Of a DNA stretch of 43,297 bases, positions 11,890-24,656 are shown piece by piece. The translations under genes were made by a program, and so were the position numbers. A model generated the notes under the pieces. That model saw only the letters and a program-made list of their open reading frames with translations. It was not told the origin of the DNA and did no database searches. Each line of letters opens with the position of its first letter. The stretch's first letter is position 1. The DNA is from Catajapyx aquilonaris. Taxonomy: Eukaryota. Location: NCBI GenBank assembly GCA_000934665.2, contig JYFJ02003350.1, positions 1 to 43,297 on the forward strand, written 5' to 3'.

Positions 11890-12740
11890 AGGAAATTTCA
11901 TGGAAAATTGTTCGGAAAATTGTTCATGACAATTGTGCCGAAAATTGTTCATGACAATAATTGAATAGGTCATTTTGAAATGGGCAATATTCTTGCCCTT
12001 TTCAAAATCACGGATTCAATTATTGTCATGAACAATTTTCTCAACAATTGTCAGGGAATTGTTTAGAGAATTGTTCAGAAAATTGTTCATGACAATAACT
12101 GCCATGAACAATTTTCTGAACAATTTTCTCAACAATTCCCTGACAATTGTTGAGAAAATTGTCCATGGCAATTATGGCCATGAACAATTTTCTCGACAAT
12201 TTCCTGAGCAATTTTCTAAACCATTTGCACGGAATTGTTTAGAGAATTGTTCAGGAAATTGTTCAGAAAATTGTTCATGACAGTAACTGCCATGAAAAAT
12301 GTTCTGAACAATTTTCAATGAATTGTTCACGGAACTGGTCAGAAAATTGCTGAAAAAGTTGTTCATGAATTTCTGATAAAATTGTTGAGAAAGTTGTTCA
12401 TGAATATAATTGTCGTGAACAATTTTCTCAACCATTTTCTGAACAAATTCCTTGAAAATTATTCAGAGAATAATTGTCCATGGCATTTTTTTTTGTTATA
12501 CCCCGTGCTAGAGCCCTAGGCCCTCTTAGGGGAGTGGAATACCGCCATCCGTGCAGGGGACAGGATAGGGATAATGAGGGGGTTGTCCATGGCAATAATT
12601 GCCCATGAACAATTTTCTGAACAGTTCGGTGAACAATAATTCAGAAAATTGTTCATGTCATTATTATTGCCATGAACAATTTTCTGAACAGTTCCCTGCA
12701 CAATATTGTCATGAACTATTTCCCTGTTCAGATAGTTCAG
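11890..12740. repeat. Degenerate ~12-bp satellite (GAAAATTGTTCA / TGAACAATTTTC) in alternating orientations
   Basis: Visible directly. Contains a short SINE 3'-end fragment at about 12498-12533. Confidence 0.85.
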
Positions 12741-13720
12741 AGTAGTGATTAAATTGTCTTATTGCCCTACAAATTATGTACCATTGTCCATCATCCATCT
12801 TCAGGTGCACCCTTTCCAAAGAAGTAAACAAAGGTACACAATAATGGGCCAACAGAGCCATAAAAGCCTTAGAAAGTCGGTTGCATCCTTAACACCTTAA
12901 AACACGTGTCCACTTCATTTTTACGGTCGTACAATCCCATGATTTCCAGCCATAAAACCAGTTGTCATCGTGGTTTTTGCGCTGAAAAATGTGGTAGTGT
13001 TGAGCCCCTCATCTTCATCAAGCGCATCCAATAATAATCCCCCATATCCAGCCAGCTCTTTGCACATATCATAATGTAAACAAGGCATGCATGAGTTTTA
13101 TTTGTCCTTTTCGCCTGGCCGACTCGACTTGCACACACACACATACTCACATACAGAGGGGACCGTTGTCCCTGAAGCGATTGCATAACCGCTGCTGCCA
13201 GCTGTCATGCCCAGCCAACGGTACTCTTTCCAACACTGCTCGGATCCTGATGAATGATTCGGCAATTGCTGGTGTCCCTATCATAAACTTCCTTGTCGGG
13301 GATGCCGTGAAAACACCCTGCTAATTGAATCCTTAGTCGAGCTGACTCATTTCCTCATTTCCAAGATGGCACCTGCAGTTGGCAACCCTCATTTTCCAAG
13401 ATGGCGCCTGTAGTTGGCAACCCTGGCTGACTGGCCGGAATTTTAATCAAATATTTTGTACTAGCACGGCACCCGGCGCGCGGCGTTGCCCGGGAAGAAA
13501 TGAATGAAGGGAAAACACCTGCCAGTAGCCCCGTCAACTGTCTGTCTGTCTGTCCGCCCACCAATGCCATCTGTGGTCCTGCTACTCCAACACCTTCAAC
13601 CTCTCCCGCCTGTATAACGGCAACGGTCATTTCCCTGTCATCTGTAGTCAACCCCCAACACCTCCATCCTCTCCCGGCCTGGAGGTGGAGCACAGATGGC
13701 AGGCAAGTGATGGTTGGCAG

Positions 13721-13780
13721 GTGGACAGACAGACAGACAGACAGACAGACTCACAAATGGCTTTATTTATATAGAAGATT
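13721..13780 (+). mobile_element. Helentron/DINE-like terminus with (GACA)n
   Basis: gtggacagacagacagacagacagacagactcacaaatggctttatttatatagaagat. A GACA microsatellite followed by a TATATA-rich end is typical of DINE-1-like elements. Confidence 0.45.
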
Positions 13781-13850
13781 TACAACCGTAAGCTGAGGAT
13801 TTATTTTCTGAACGAATTTATCGATGATTTTGGACAAATTCTAATAAATA

Positions 13851-13982
13851 CAGTTGAATCCGGATATAACAGACTTCAAGAAACCTCGAAAATCGGTCTG
13901 TTATAGCCGATTACACAACTTATATAAAACTATGGCGAGACCTCCGTTTCAAGTCTGTTATAACCGAAAGTCTGTTATAGCC
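13851..13982 (+). mobile_element. pogo/Tc1-mariner-type MITE left end
   Basis: TA|cagttgaatccggatataac.. followed by repeated gtctgttata(g/a)ccga subterminal motifs. The right end was not found. Confidence 0.55.
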
Positions 13983-13984
13983 AT

Positions 13985-14154
13985 GGGGGCGTGGTGGTCT
14001 AGTGTAGTGGCTATGCTCCTGGCCAGCCAAGCGGGAGGTCCGGGGTTCAAATCCCGTCGCCTTCGCTTGGTCGCGGGTCTCTTTGCCGCTCTTTCCGCTT
14101 TTCACCCGATATCCCTCATCTGCCCAGGGCCAAGAGAAAATGTCTGGTATTTAA
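13985..14154 (+). mobile_element. tRNA-Gly-derived SINE, 3'-truncated copy
   Basis: gggggcgtggtggtctagtg..ggccagccaagcgggaggtccggggttcaaatcccgtc..ccgcttttcacccga..gcccagggccaagagaaaa is the reverse complement of 5180-5351. Confidence 0.82.
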
Positions 14155-14158
14155 TAGG

Positions 14159-14540
14159 TAGGGCTGTGCGATATCCGAAATTGCATATCGACTTTCGATA
14201 CTCAAAAAATATCGAATCGAAGTCGATATATCGAAAATCGAAAAACCGACATCGCAAAATATCGAATCGAAGTCGATACGGTATATCGAAAATCGAAAAA
14301 CCGACATCGCAAAATATCGAAAACCGACATCGAACCGACATCGAAAAATATCGAAAACCGACATCGAACCGACATCGAAAAATATCGAAAACCGACATCG
14401 AACCGACATCGAGAAATATCGAAAACCGACATCGCGATATTCGGTACATCACACATGCCAAGCGTCGGATATCGCAACTTCGATAGTATTAGGAAAATAT
14501 CGCATCGACAGTCGATGTATCGAAATATCGCACAGCCCTA
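14159..14540. mobile_element. hAT-type MITE (TAGGGCTG ends) with expanded internal repeats
   Basis: TIRs tagggctgtgcgatat / atatcgcacagcccta; flanks ttaatagg / tttataag (6 of 8 match); same family as 8050-8229. Confidence 0.85.
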
Positions 14541-15628
14541 TTTATAAGTATAGACATTTCTTTAAAAATATGGCCTGCTCCACTACAAAACGTATTGTTC
14601 ATACCCTGCATTGTTATCTCCACGAAATGAGGGCGAAAACGCTGTTTAAATACTTAAACAATGTAGCCAACCAGCGCAGTGATCAATCACCAACCGTAAT
14701 TAACTGATCAGTAGGCTCCGGTATAATTGCGGTCGTAAATCCAACGATCTACTAAAGAAGTGGGATTCTGTGCTAATGATTAAAAAAAAACTCCTTTCGT
14801 TTTTCAAAAAAAAACAAACAAACAAACAAAAAAAGTTGTACTCTCTAAAAACAAAAGCAAGTGAGCAACCTCGTAAAACCAGACTTCAAACTACTAATTA
14901 ACTTCTAAACCAGCTGGTAAAATGCACTACAAGTGCGAAAATGTCTGGGTGACAAATGTGCCCTCTGGTAGTATAGGACAAGTACCACTTCCTATAGAGT
15001 TTTGTATGAGGAGGTTCACCGGACTCAAAATGGCTTCAGGCGTGGAATTGGGTACCTTCCTCTCTAGGACACCCAAGTCGCGAATCAAGGTGGGGGAAAA
15101 CTCATTTCCTTGTCGTCTGCTCCTCTGGGCCTTTTGTTGCCCCGGGCCGAGCACATGGGCCGTAAAAAAGGGGGGCAAAAACATGGAACAAATTCAAAAA
15201 AGGGTTCCTGGATTATAAATGGCGACTGATAAAACTGGGTGAGGATTGCCCTTTGAATTGGAGGCCATTTCATATGTTTACGGGCCAGTTTGCTTTGTGA
15301 TGGGGATTATCATAGCCTGGGTGGAGAGTAGTAGTGGGTAGATGGTACCCTGATAGGAGGGTAGAGATCTGTTTTAAATGGGGGCTAACTTGGGATTGGA
15401 TATTAAAAAGTGGTGGGGTAGAATAGAAATGGTAGGAAATTAATAGGGTGGAATAGATCAGTTAGGAAATGAACAAGATTAGAAACGTGAGCGTGATTCG
15501 AGTCGACTTTTTCTCATGGAGCACAGTAGACTGACAACATACTTTGAATACGATACGAATAGAACGTTGTCAGTTTCGCGTCTCGCTGCCAAGGAACCCC
15601 AAAGACACCAGCCTGTAAAACTTAACCT

Positions 15629-15830
15629 TGGCGGATAGAGTGTACCCGGATAACCGGAAGTAGCCGGTCACCGGAAGTTGATCATGAAACCTATTTTGGC
15701 CATGCTAAGTCCGAATCCGAAAACCGTTTGTCGATATCTCTTGCAGTTTAGGCCCTGATACCTGTCCACGGACGGACAGGCGGACAGAGCCGTTCTATAA
15801 GACCTTTTCCAATGAAAAAGAGTCTAATAA
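15629..15830 (+). mobile_element. Helentron-associated/DINE-1-like non-autonomous element
   Basis: ggcggatagagtgtacccgg...gatacctgtccacggacggacaggcggacagagccgttctataagacctttt..aaaagagtct: GAC(A/G) microsatellite plus 3' stem-loop; related sequence at 43062-43270. Confidence 0.55.
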
Positions 15831-15849
15831 GTGGTAAAAATAGTGGAAT

Positions 15850-16180
15850 AAAAATTAATAATGATAAATAAAACCAATGAAAATTAATAATGATAAATAA
15901 AACCAATGAAAATTAATAATGATAAATAAAATCAATGCAAACTCATAATGATAAATAAAATATATGAAAACTAATAATGATAAATAAAATCAAAAATGAA
16001 TAATAAAATGAATAATAAACTGAAAAATTAATAATTAATTAATAATAAAATTAATAATAAAATGAAAATAAATAAATGAAATTAATAATAGATAAACAAT
16101 AAATAAATGAAATTAATAATAGATAAACAATAAATAAATGAAATTAATAATAGATAAACAATAAATAAAATAAATTAATT
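15850..16180. repeat. AT-rich ~29-bp minisatellites
   Basis: aaattaataatgataaataaaaccaatga and aattaataatagataaacaataaataaatga repeats. Confidence 0.85.
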
Positions 16181-17233
16181 GTAAAGGAAAATAGTGGAAT
16201 AGTGGAACTACTGTAGAATGGTTAGGTAATGAATAGCGTAGAATAGCTAGGTATGAAATATGGTATTTCCAAAGCCCCAAAATTTTGGAAAATCTATATA
16301 TTGCTGGAAGGGCATGATCATTTTCATTAATTAAGCATCCTCTGTAAGTTTACATTAATGTTACTTACCCGAGGCATAATATTGGAAATTACTCCCCTAT
16401 ATTTGCATATGCGATAAATAACTTGTGGCAAACAAGGGGTCAAATTATCAATAAATTTAGTGTCCACTCAATACGACAATTGAAAAATGGTGTACCCACG
16501 CATGCGCCAGATCAGACCATATAGGTACATGTAATAATCCCTGGAAATATGTTCAGGTGAGAAAAACAAGCACAATGAACCTGACCATTTCAATATATAA
16601 TAGTGTGGGATGCTTCAAAATTGCAGCTTCTACAAAAACTCATTTACACTTAATTACCCTCAAGGTATAGTTGAGTTCAAGAAAAAAAAAAATCGAATCA
16701 ATGACCGATCATCTCAGCTTCATTACCCCCCATAAGATGCCCCTCCCATAGGTAGGACCGTAAAAGGAACCGCTGTGTACTTTCACTTGACGTGGATGCA
16801 ACTTATAAAGATGGTGGTAAAAACTGTCTGAAGGTGGTTCGTCATAACAAAACGTGGGTTGCCCTTCGACCCGCCCCGTTTCACTCTTCGGTGGCAAGCA
16901 AAGTCATATACACCATCTTTTAGAGGATAAGGGGTGAGTGACCTGTGGGTATTATAGAAGACGGGCAGGGTCGTCTGGTATTTTTTGGACAGACTAACCG
17001 TGGGTGGCGGACCTGACCGTGGTCAGGGATACCACCCACCAGATGGAGGTTTTATCGTTCCAGATTCCAAATTTAATTTTTTTTGTTTGTATTTAAAAAA
17101 AAGTTATTGTGGGGTTAGATTAAAGTGAATTCCCAAATATTAAATATTTTATTTTATTTTAGCAGAATTCCAATTTTCTTTATTGGTTTAAATTAAAATT
17201 AAAATTAATTTAAACTGCATTTTCTAAAAAAAA

Positions 17234-17401
17234 TACCCCGTGATAGGGCTCGAGGCCCTCTTAGGGGGGAAGGGGAGGTTCCCAAGGGAGGGCGCTGTGC
17301 GATAGTCATTTCTGACATATTTTTAAACACCATGCCTTTTCTCCTGGCCCTGGGCAGAGTAGGGAGTGCAATTCTGCCACGGCATGTCGGATGAAAAGCG
17401 G
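17234..17401 (-). mobile_element. tRNA-Gly SINE family, 5'-truncated copy within AT-rich block 17080-17990
   Basis: taccccgtgatagggctcgaggccctcttaggggggaaggggaggttcccaagggaggg...ctcctggccctgggcagagtag..ggcatgtcggatgaaaagcgg. Confidence 0.8.
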
Positions 17402-18919
17402 ATTTGAACTGTATTTGAATTTTCTTTGGATTTAATTTAATTTAATTACGTTATTTAATCTGAAATTTGGATTTTATTTAGATTTTATTTCATATCACGT
17501 GAATTTTATTTCATTTCATTTGATGTTAATTTGAATTTAAATTCAAATTTAATTACAGCACAAATTGTACACTAATACTATTTATTTATTGCATTTTAAT
17601 TTGATGGTATTTATAGAGTATTTTAATTTGATGGTATTTATATTGTATATTGCTATTAATTCCATTCTTAAAATTTATTTCACTCTAATTTGAATTTATT
17701 CAATTTGGATTTATTTGAATTTAAATGCAAATTTAATTACAACATATTGTGCGCCAATATAATTTTATCATATTTTTATTTAATGTCCAATATTTTATTT
17801 ATTTCATTATTAATTCTGATTGCTTTAATGTATTTCATACTCATTTTCTTTTAACTTTAATTTGAAAGTAATTTTATTTTGAACTAATTTCACTGTAAAA
17901 TAATTTTATTTTAACGCAAGTTGTATTTAATATGAATTTGTCTTCTTTTATTTATTTTAATTTTAAATATCAAATATCAAAAAAATGAATGGCCCAATAT
18001 CGACTTGCTGCCTATTTTGAATATCGGCATATCGATTTTTCACAACATTTGCAGAATCACGTTGCGAATGTTCCCCACGCAAAACTTGCATATAGATACT
18101 GGTACGTAATTAGCGACGGGATTAACACACCCCCGTTACGCTTAACACCTTCAAATCCACCCCCCCTCCCCCCCCCCCAAACTGCCGGCAATTACGCTTC
18201 CAAATCTCCGCTCTAAATCTGTTGGCAACAATCAAACGTCTGGCAACCACAAGGAAGACACAATAGAAACTGCTTTTAAAACCTTCAAGTCATTGGGGAC
18301 CCTGGAAAAAGTAGCAAGTAACTCACACCTTTTACAGTCTCACCCACATATCAGATAAAGCACCGCCAATCAAGATGCCACTATGATTACATAGCAATAG
18401 CTATGACACTCTACCGTTAACAGCCGGTCAGATAATAGCGAAAAAAGAGCGGTTCAAATGACCCACATAGGACGGTAAATCCATCAGTTGGAAAAACAAT
18501 AAAAATGGGAACCGTTACTGGTCAGGCATTCAGACAACGCACCGCCTACAATCTCCTTATCCTTTTATCGAGTGTACCTCCTGGGTACTGTCTTGGAAGT
18601 GATCTGATAATAACCCGTACAGAGTGGGTAATTCCTCATTGGAGTGACAGTGGGTTGGAATATACGTGACTTTGTTGCTTTGTTTCTCTGGAAACAATTT
18701 TGAGTCATTGGTCCCCTTAAAAGGAGTCCGATTGGATGGTACAGGGTCACCAAGCTGACCGCTGCAGTCTCATATCACATGGCCTCCACTCAGGCTGTCT
18801 CACGACTGACTACAAGATCTAGCCTCCGCCCGGGGTCCTTCGCACGACAACCGACGCGTCCATGTCATCTAATGGGAGACGTCACAGTTTTTTTTTAAAA
18901 TTGAAAATCGTATAGTTAA

Positions 18920-20075
18920 AATGACTCACTTTATTTAAAAACTTATTATTTGAACTCAAAAACTTGAGTTAAAATAATTATCTCAAGTTCGACTTAAAAT
19001 TTCTTAGCTCCAGTTCGAGTTAAAATTTCTGAGCTCAAATTCGAGTAAAAAAAATGCTGAACACAAATTTGAGGTAACTAAATATCTGAGCTCAAATTCA
19101 ACGTAAAATTTCTGAGCTCAAATTTAAGTTACTCACTTTATTTTAAAACTTATTATTTAAACTCAAAAACTTGAGTTAAAATAATTATCTCAAGTTCGAC
19201 TTCAAATTTCTGAGATCAAACTTGAGTTAAAATTTATTAATTATCTCACATTCCAGTTAAAATAATTACGGTACGTATCTCAAATACGAGTTAAAATTTC
19301 TGAGCTCAAATTCGAGTTAAAAAATTCTGAACACAAATTCGAGTTAAAAAATTCTGAACACAAATTCGAGGTAACTAAATATCTGAGCTCAAATTCGACG
19401 TCAAATTTCTGAGCTCGAATTTGAGTTAAAATTAACTATCTCAAAAGTTGAGCTAAAAATTCTGAACACAAATGAGTTAAAATTAATCATCTCAAATTTG
19501 AGTTCCTCGCTTTATTTTAAAACTTATTATTTGAACTCAAAAACTTGAGTTCAAATAATTATCTCAAATTTGAGTTAAAATTATTGTCTCAAATTTGAGT
19601 TAAAATTATTGTCTCAAATTTGAGTTAAAATTTCTGAGCTCTAATTTGAGTTATCTGAGCTCTAATTTGAGTTATCTGAGCTCTAATTTGAGTTATCTGA
19701 GCTCTAATTTGAGTTAAAATTTCTGAGCTCAAATTTGAGTTAAAATTGATTAATTATCTCACATTTGAGTTCAAATAATGACGCTAAGTACGTATCTCAC
19801 ATACGATTTGAAATTTTCCGAGCTCAAATTCGAGTTAAAAATTCTGGACACAAATCTGAGGTAAAATTTCTCTGAGCTCAAATTTGAGCTAAAATTAACT
19901 ATTTCAAATATGAGCTAAAAACTCTGAGCTCAAATGAGTTAAAATTAACTATCTCAAATTTGACTATTTGAGTTAAAGTTAACTATCTCAAATTTGACTA
20001 TTTGAGTTAAAGTTAACTATCGCAAATGTGACTATTTGAGTTCAAATTAATCTGACTCAAATTTGAGTTCACATT
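18920..20075. repeat. Degenerate ~18-27-bp satellite (AAATTTGAGTTAAAATTTCTGAGCTC)
   Basis: Visible directly, with higher-order duplication of cactttattt..aaacttattatttgaactcaaaaacttgag at about 18927, 19133 and 19508. Confidence 0.9.
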
Positions 20076-21125
20076 AATTTGCTCTCGAGTATTTTCTTTC
20101 AGTTATTCTGTCCAAACTTGAAACGACTGTTTGGCGTGTCAAACACTGCCATTTACCACAGTAAATTTCATTGCAAGTACCCTGTGCTTACAGGCTTTGT
20201 GAGTGACCCTAATTCCATATAGTCCCCCCCATGATTGGCAATATTATTGGGGATGGCCTTATCCGCCATTGGTCACCACACTGACCAAGCAGCCTGATTA
20301 TCAATTTAATACGCGTAATGGCGATTCAAATTGCCTCGTTTTACAGTTAATAAGGTAAACAGTCAAGGTATATGATTTATCGATGATATGCCCACTTTCG
20401 CACTTTCGTCATGACCTCCTCATATTGTTTATGACCATGTACCCATAAAGCGCCAATTTGTTTTCAACACGGATTTCTCCTTCTTTTTTTTCTTATAGGC
20501 TATCAATCTTCATTGTTGCGTATTGTATGACTCTTTGTAGAGGAATGGGCATTATTTTTGATTACGCGGGGGGTGTGTGGTACCATCAGGACCACCCCTC
20601 TCGAAATGCAAATGTAACGATCTGGTATACCCGGCTTCTCTATCGGGTGAGAGCCAGGAGGTCCTAATTACACACAACTACCCCCCCCCCCCCNCCCCCC
20701 AATCCGCCCACCCAACCAATAACAATTTGCATTAACGATCATAGTTGGTCAGATGAAGGCTTTTTGGTACATGACTTATGCATAGGGAGGGGGGTTATAC
20801 TCATCCTCAACAATCATAAAGAAACCGGTCTTGTTCTTTATGGTTGGCGCCAAAATGGTGCCTAATCAATGCTTTTGTTCACTCATTTTCATGTTGTGAA
20901 AGTGGAGGTAACGGAATTAGCTAGTTGTTTACGGATGGGTCTGCCGGTTGATTTTTTTAAAAAGGGTTTGTTTTATTTTTAATTTTTTATATTTTTTAAA
21001 GTTGCGACTGAGGAATCTGCCAGAATTTTCTTTTTAATTTATTTATTTATTAAAACTAAATAAATAATTTAAAATGAAAACTCTGGCAGGTCGCCATCTG
21101 TCGCCATTTTAAATATCAAAAATCA

Positions 21126-22050
21126 CTAAATAAGTAACTAAATAAATAACTAAACTAAAATAACTAAATAAATATAATAAACTGTACTACACTGAAATAA
21201 CTAAATAAATATAATGAACTGTACTAAACAAAACTAACTAAATAAATAATATAAAATAACTAAATACACAAAATAATCTAAAATAATCTGCGTGGCCTGA
21301 CCAGTCACCAGAGGATTCATTATACTGGTCGTTCGAGATGGCCAGGTGGACTGTTCCTACCTGGTCATCGCTGGTAACCCCATCTTGATGGGAATATGCC
21401 GTGAAGGAAATGTATGTATGTATGTAATCTAAAATAACTAACTAAGCAAATTATTTAAAATAACTAAATACACAAAATAATCTAAAATAACTAACTAAGC
21501 AAATTATTTAAAATAACTAACTAAGCAAATTATTTAAAATAACTAAATAAACAAAATAATCTAAAATAACTAACCAAGCAAATTATCTAAAATAACTAAA
21601 TAAACAAAATAATCTAAAATAACTAAATAAACAAAGTAATCTAAAATAACTAAATAAACAAATAAGCTAAAAAATGGGAGTGAAAGCATTACCCAAGAAC
21701 AACAACAACAACAACAACAATAATAATAATAACAATAATAATAATAATAATTGTTGTTGTTGTTGTTGTTGTTACGGTATTATTGATGATGATGATGTCA
21801 TTATTATAAGCTAAAATAACTGAATAAATAATATAAAATTATAAATGATACATTATTAGTTAGTAATTAATAGATACACTATTAGTTAGTACGGTAATTA
21901 ATAGATACATTATTAGTTAGTACGGTAATTAATAGATACATTATCAGTTAGTAATTAATAGATATACATTATTAGTTAGTAATTACTAGGTACATTATTA
22001 GTTAGTAATTACTAGGTACATTATTAGTTAGTAATTAATAGATGCATATT
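21126..22050. repeat. AT-rich satellites (AAATAACTAA; ACATTATTAGTTAGTAATT) and AAC/AAT/TTG microsatellite
   Basis: Visible directly. Confidence 0.85.
21290..21424 (+). mobile_element. 5'-truncated non-LTR retrotransposon 3' end (RTE-like) with (TGTA)n tail
   Basis: GC-rich insert in an AT satellite, ending aaccccatcttgatgggaatatgccgtgaaggaaa(tgta)n and flanked by taatct. A terminal stem-loop plus microsatellite tail resembles RTE-clade 3' ends. Confidence 0.5.
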
Positions 22051-22959
22051 TATTTATTTATTGGTGGTGGTGGTAAATGATAGTCTAGTTTGACATAAAC
22101 TAATAGTAATAAAATTAGTGCTGGATAAACAATGTAGAAACATCGTGCAGCCTTTGTGTCGATATTCTCCGGTCTGTATATCGATATTGGTGGGTGACAT
22201 GAATTTCCCCTTCATATCGACAATGTGAGTCACAATATTGGTCACTATCTACCAATTGGTTTAATAATTAATTTAAAATATTTCTACACCTTCTGTAGCC
22301 TTTTAAATGTAAAAAAAAACTACTATAGCATGCCATCCATAAACAACTAGCTAATTCCACTCTTAAATAGTATATAGCCATCGTATATAGCCACTGCACC
22401 AATATCGTAAATATCAATGGACGTGCAAGAAGGCTTCCCCCCCCCCCCCCTTTTTGNGCAAAACACCTCAACCTATCTTCCCAAACCTGGCGTAACTAAT
22501 AAATGAGCCCAGAGCACCAGTCCACAAATTTTTCTGGACATGGTTCCCCATTCGAGGTTGGGTTCTCACGGTGTAACTTCTTCAGAGCGACCATCCAGTT
22601 TCCCCCTTCTTATCTCTCGGAAGTAGCCACTTAGGATCATCCCAAAGCCTTGGGAAAGTTTGGAAAAAAAAAAAAGAAGCCACTGACCAATCCCATTTCC
22701 AACTACTTTTTTTTTTCACTACTTGTAACTTTTTTTTTTTTTTTTTGTGAAGTTACCTGTCCAGCGGAACCGGAGCATACCTGTGTGCGTAATGTGAACG
22801 CACCACTCAAACAACCTGATTATGAGAGAGTCAATCAAATCAAACCGGGAGAAGTCAACAATGGTGCTTCAGGCCATTGTTTTTTTTTACGGTGGGTTCT
22901 AGAGAGATAAAGGTAAGAGTGAAAACAAGTCGGGTTAGGACATGCTTGAACGATTTTCA

Positions 22960-23880
22960 GGAAGAAATTAATTTTTTATGAAATATTAGCTAGTTTTATT
23001 GGCTATTTTTATTAGTAAAGCTTAGCGTGTACAAGTATTAGTTATGATTTTGTTTGCTTGGCTTATTAGGTTATTAGGTATTATTATATTAGTTCAGTTT
23101 ATTAGTTTATATTAGTTATTATTATAGCTTAATTTAGTTTTAGTTTAAATTTTTATTACAGCTACTTCTATTAATTAAATTTATTTGTTTGTCTTTGAGT
23201 TATTTAATTACATTTATTTATCTGTATTTGATTTACTTAATTAAATTTCTTTATTTGTCTTTGAGCTACTTAATTAAATTTATCTGTATTTGATTTATTT
23301 AATTAAATGTATTTATCTATATTTGATTTATTTAATTAAATATATTTATCTATATTTGATTTTATTCTTATTCAATTTGAATATTTATTTTTATATTTAT
23401 TTAGATAGTTCTATATCTTTCTATTCATCGTTCTATTTCATGTAACTAAATAAAATTAATAACTAAACTAAAATAACTAAATGAATAAAATAAAATAAAC
23501 TAATGAATAAAATAAAATAAACTAATGGATAAAATAAAATAAACTAATGGATAAAATAAACTAATGAATAAAATAAACTAATGAATAAAATAACTAAATA
23601 CACAAATAAAATAAAATAAACTAATGAATAAAATAACTAAATACACAAATAAAATAACAAACTAATGAATAAAATAAATAAATAAGCTAAACTAAACTAA
23701 AATTGATTCAGTTTATGATAGCTTATTAGAGTTCTTACAGCTAGTTTTACTAGTTTATCTTATTAGTTTATCTTATTAGGTTTTGTAGTTATTATTGGGT
23801 TTGCTTATTAGGTTTGTCCATCTATATTTGATTAGTTCAGTTTATTAGTTATATTAGTTATTAGATTTAGTTAGTTTAGG
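22960..23880. repeat. AT-rich low-complexity/minisatellite block
   Basis: ttaattaaatttatctgtatttgattta and aataaaataaactaatg repeats. Confidence 0.8.
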
Positions 23881-24656
23881 ATCGATTTAGGGCAGTCATG
23901 GTTTATAAACAGAGCTGGATATATCAAAAGTAATTTTAAATTGTGTAATCCAAAGTCCAGAAAGGTTTTGAAATAATTCAAAGACAGAAAATCCTAGCTT
24001 GCTGGCTCATGGCTTTCATCAGGATTATAGCAGAAAATTGGCTATTTTGCGGTGTAAATGACTCCAATCGGGCCTTTCTCTTGTACATATTTGCTACTGG
24101 CTATATCTACTGTTATTTTTATCTTATAATTTTAATGGCATCATTGTGTAAAAAAACAAAGTGAGTTTATCGAACATGTAACAAAGGATCACTCTTCATT
24201 TTCAAACTAGTAATTTCCGCATTGTTAACGCCCTTATTGTTCTAATCCTCACCCAATACCGCCAATCACCCAAATGTCCTGTGGTAATACATAGTACGGT
24301 ACATTATCGAACATCCGGATTTACCACCCCCCATCGTACACCCGGAAGTCCTCTCCAGTGTCAACAATGCAACTGGGATTTCCGATGTTCCCTTCAGATT
24401 AAGGTCCGCCAGAGGGTGGTTGGGGTGCAACTGTTCCCACGGCCTGAAAATCGGGGGCGGGTAAAACCAGCCATCAACCAACCGTCCCCAGAAGGCAAAG
24501 AAAAGCTTCTCTATTGCGTGATGGTGTCCAACAGTCAGAACTTCGGAACCGTTCGGAAAACCTATTATTTATGCGAGAGATGGCGCCCACGTGAGGGGAA
24601 TCCGTCACGCCATCTAGGCACAAGGTATGGCGTCTGCACCCAGGATAGGGACTACT

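Noticed and set aside
13985..14060. Possible tRNA-Gly gene (also 5280-5351)
   Set aside because: Stems are degenerate and the sequence continues into a shared SINE body.
13854..14486. 210-aa ORF and antisense ORFs
   Set aside because: Read-through of a MITE end, SINE and ATCGA repeats.
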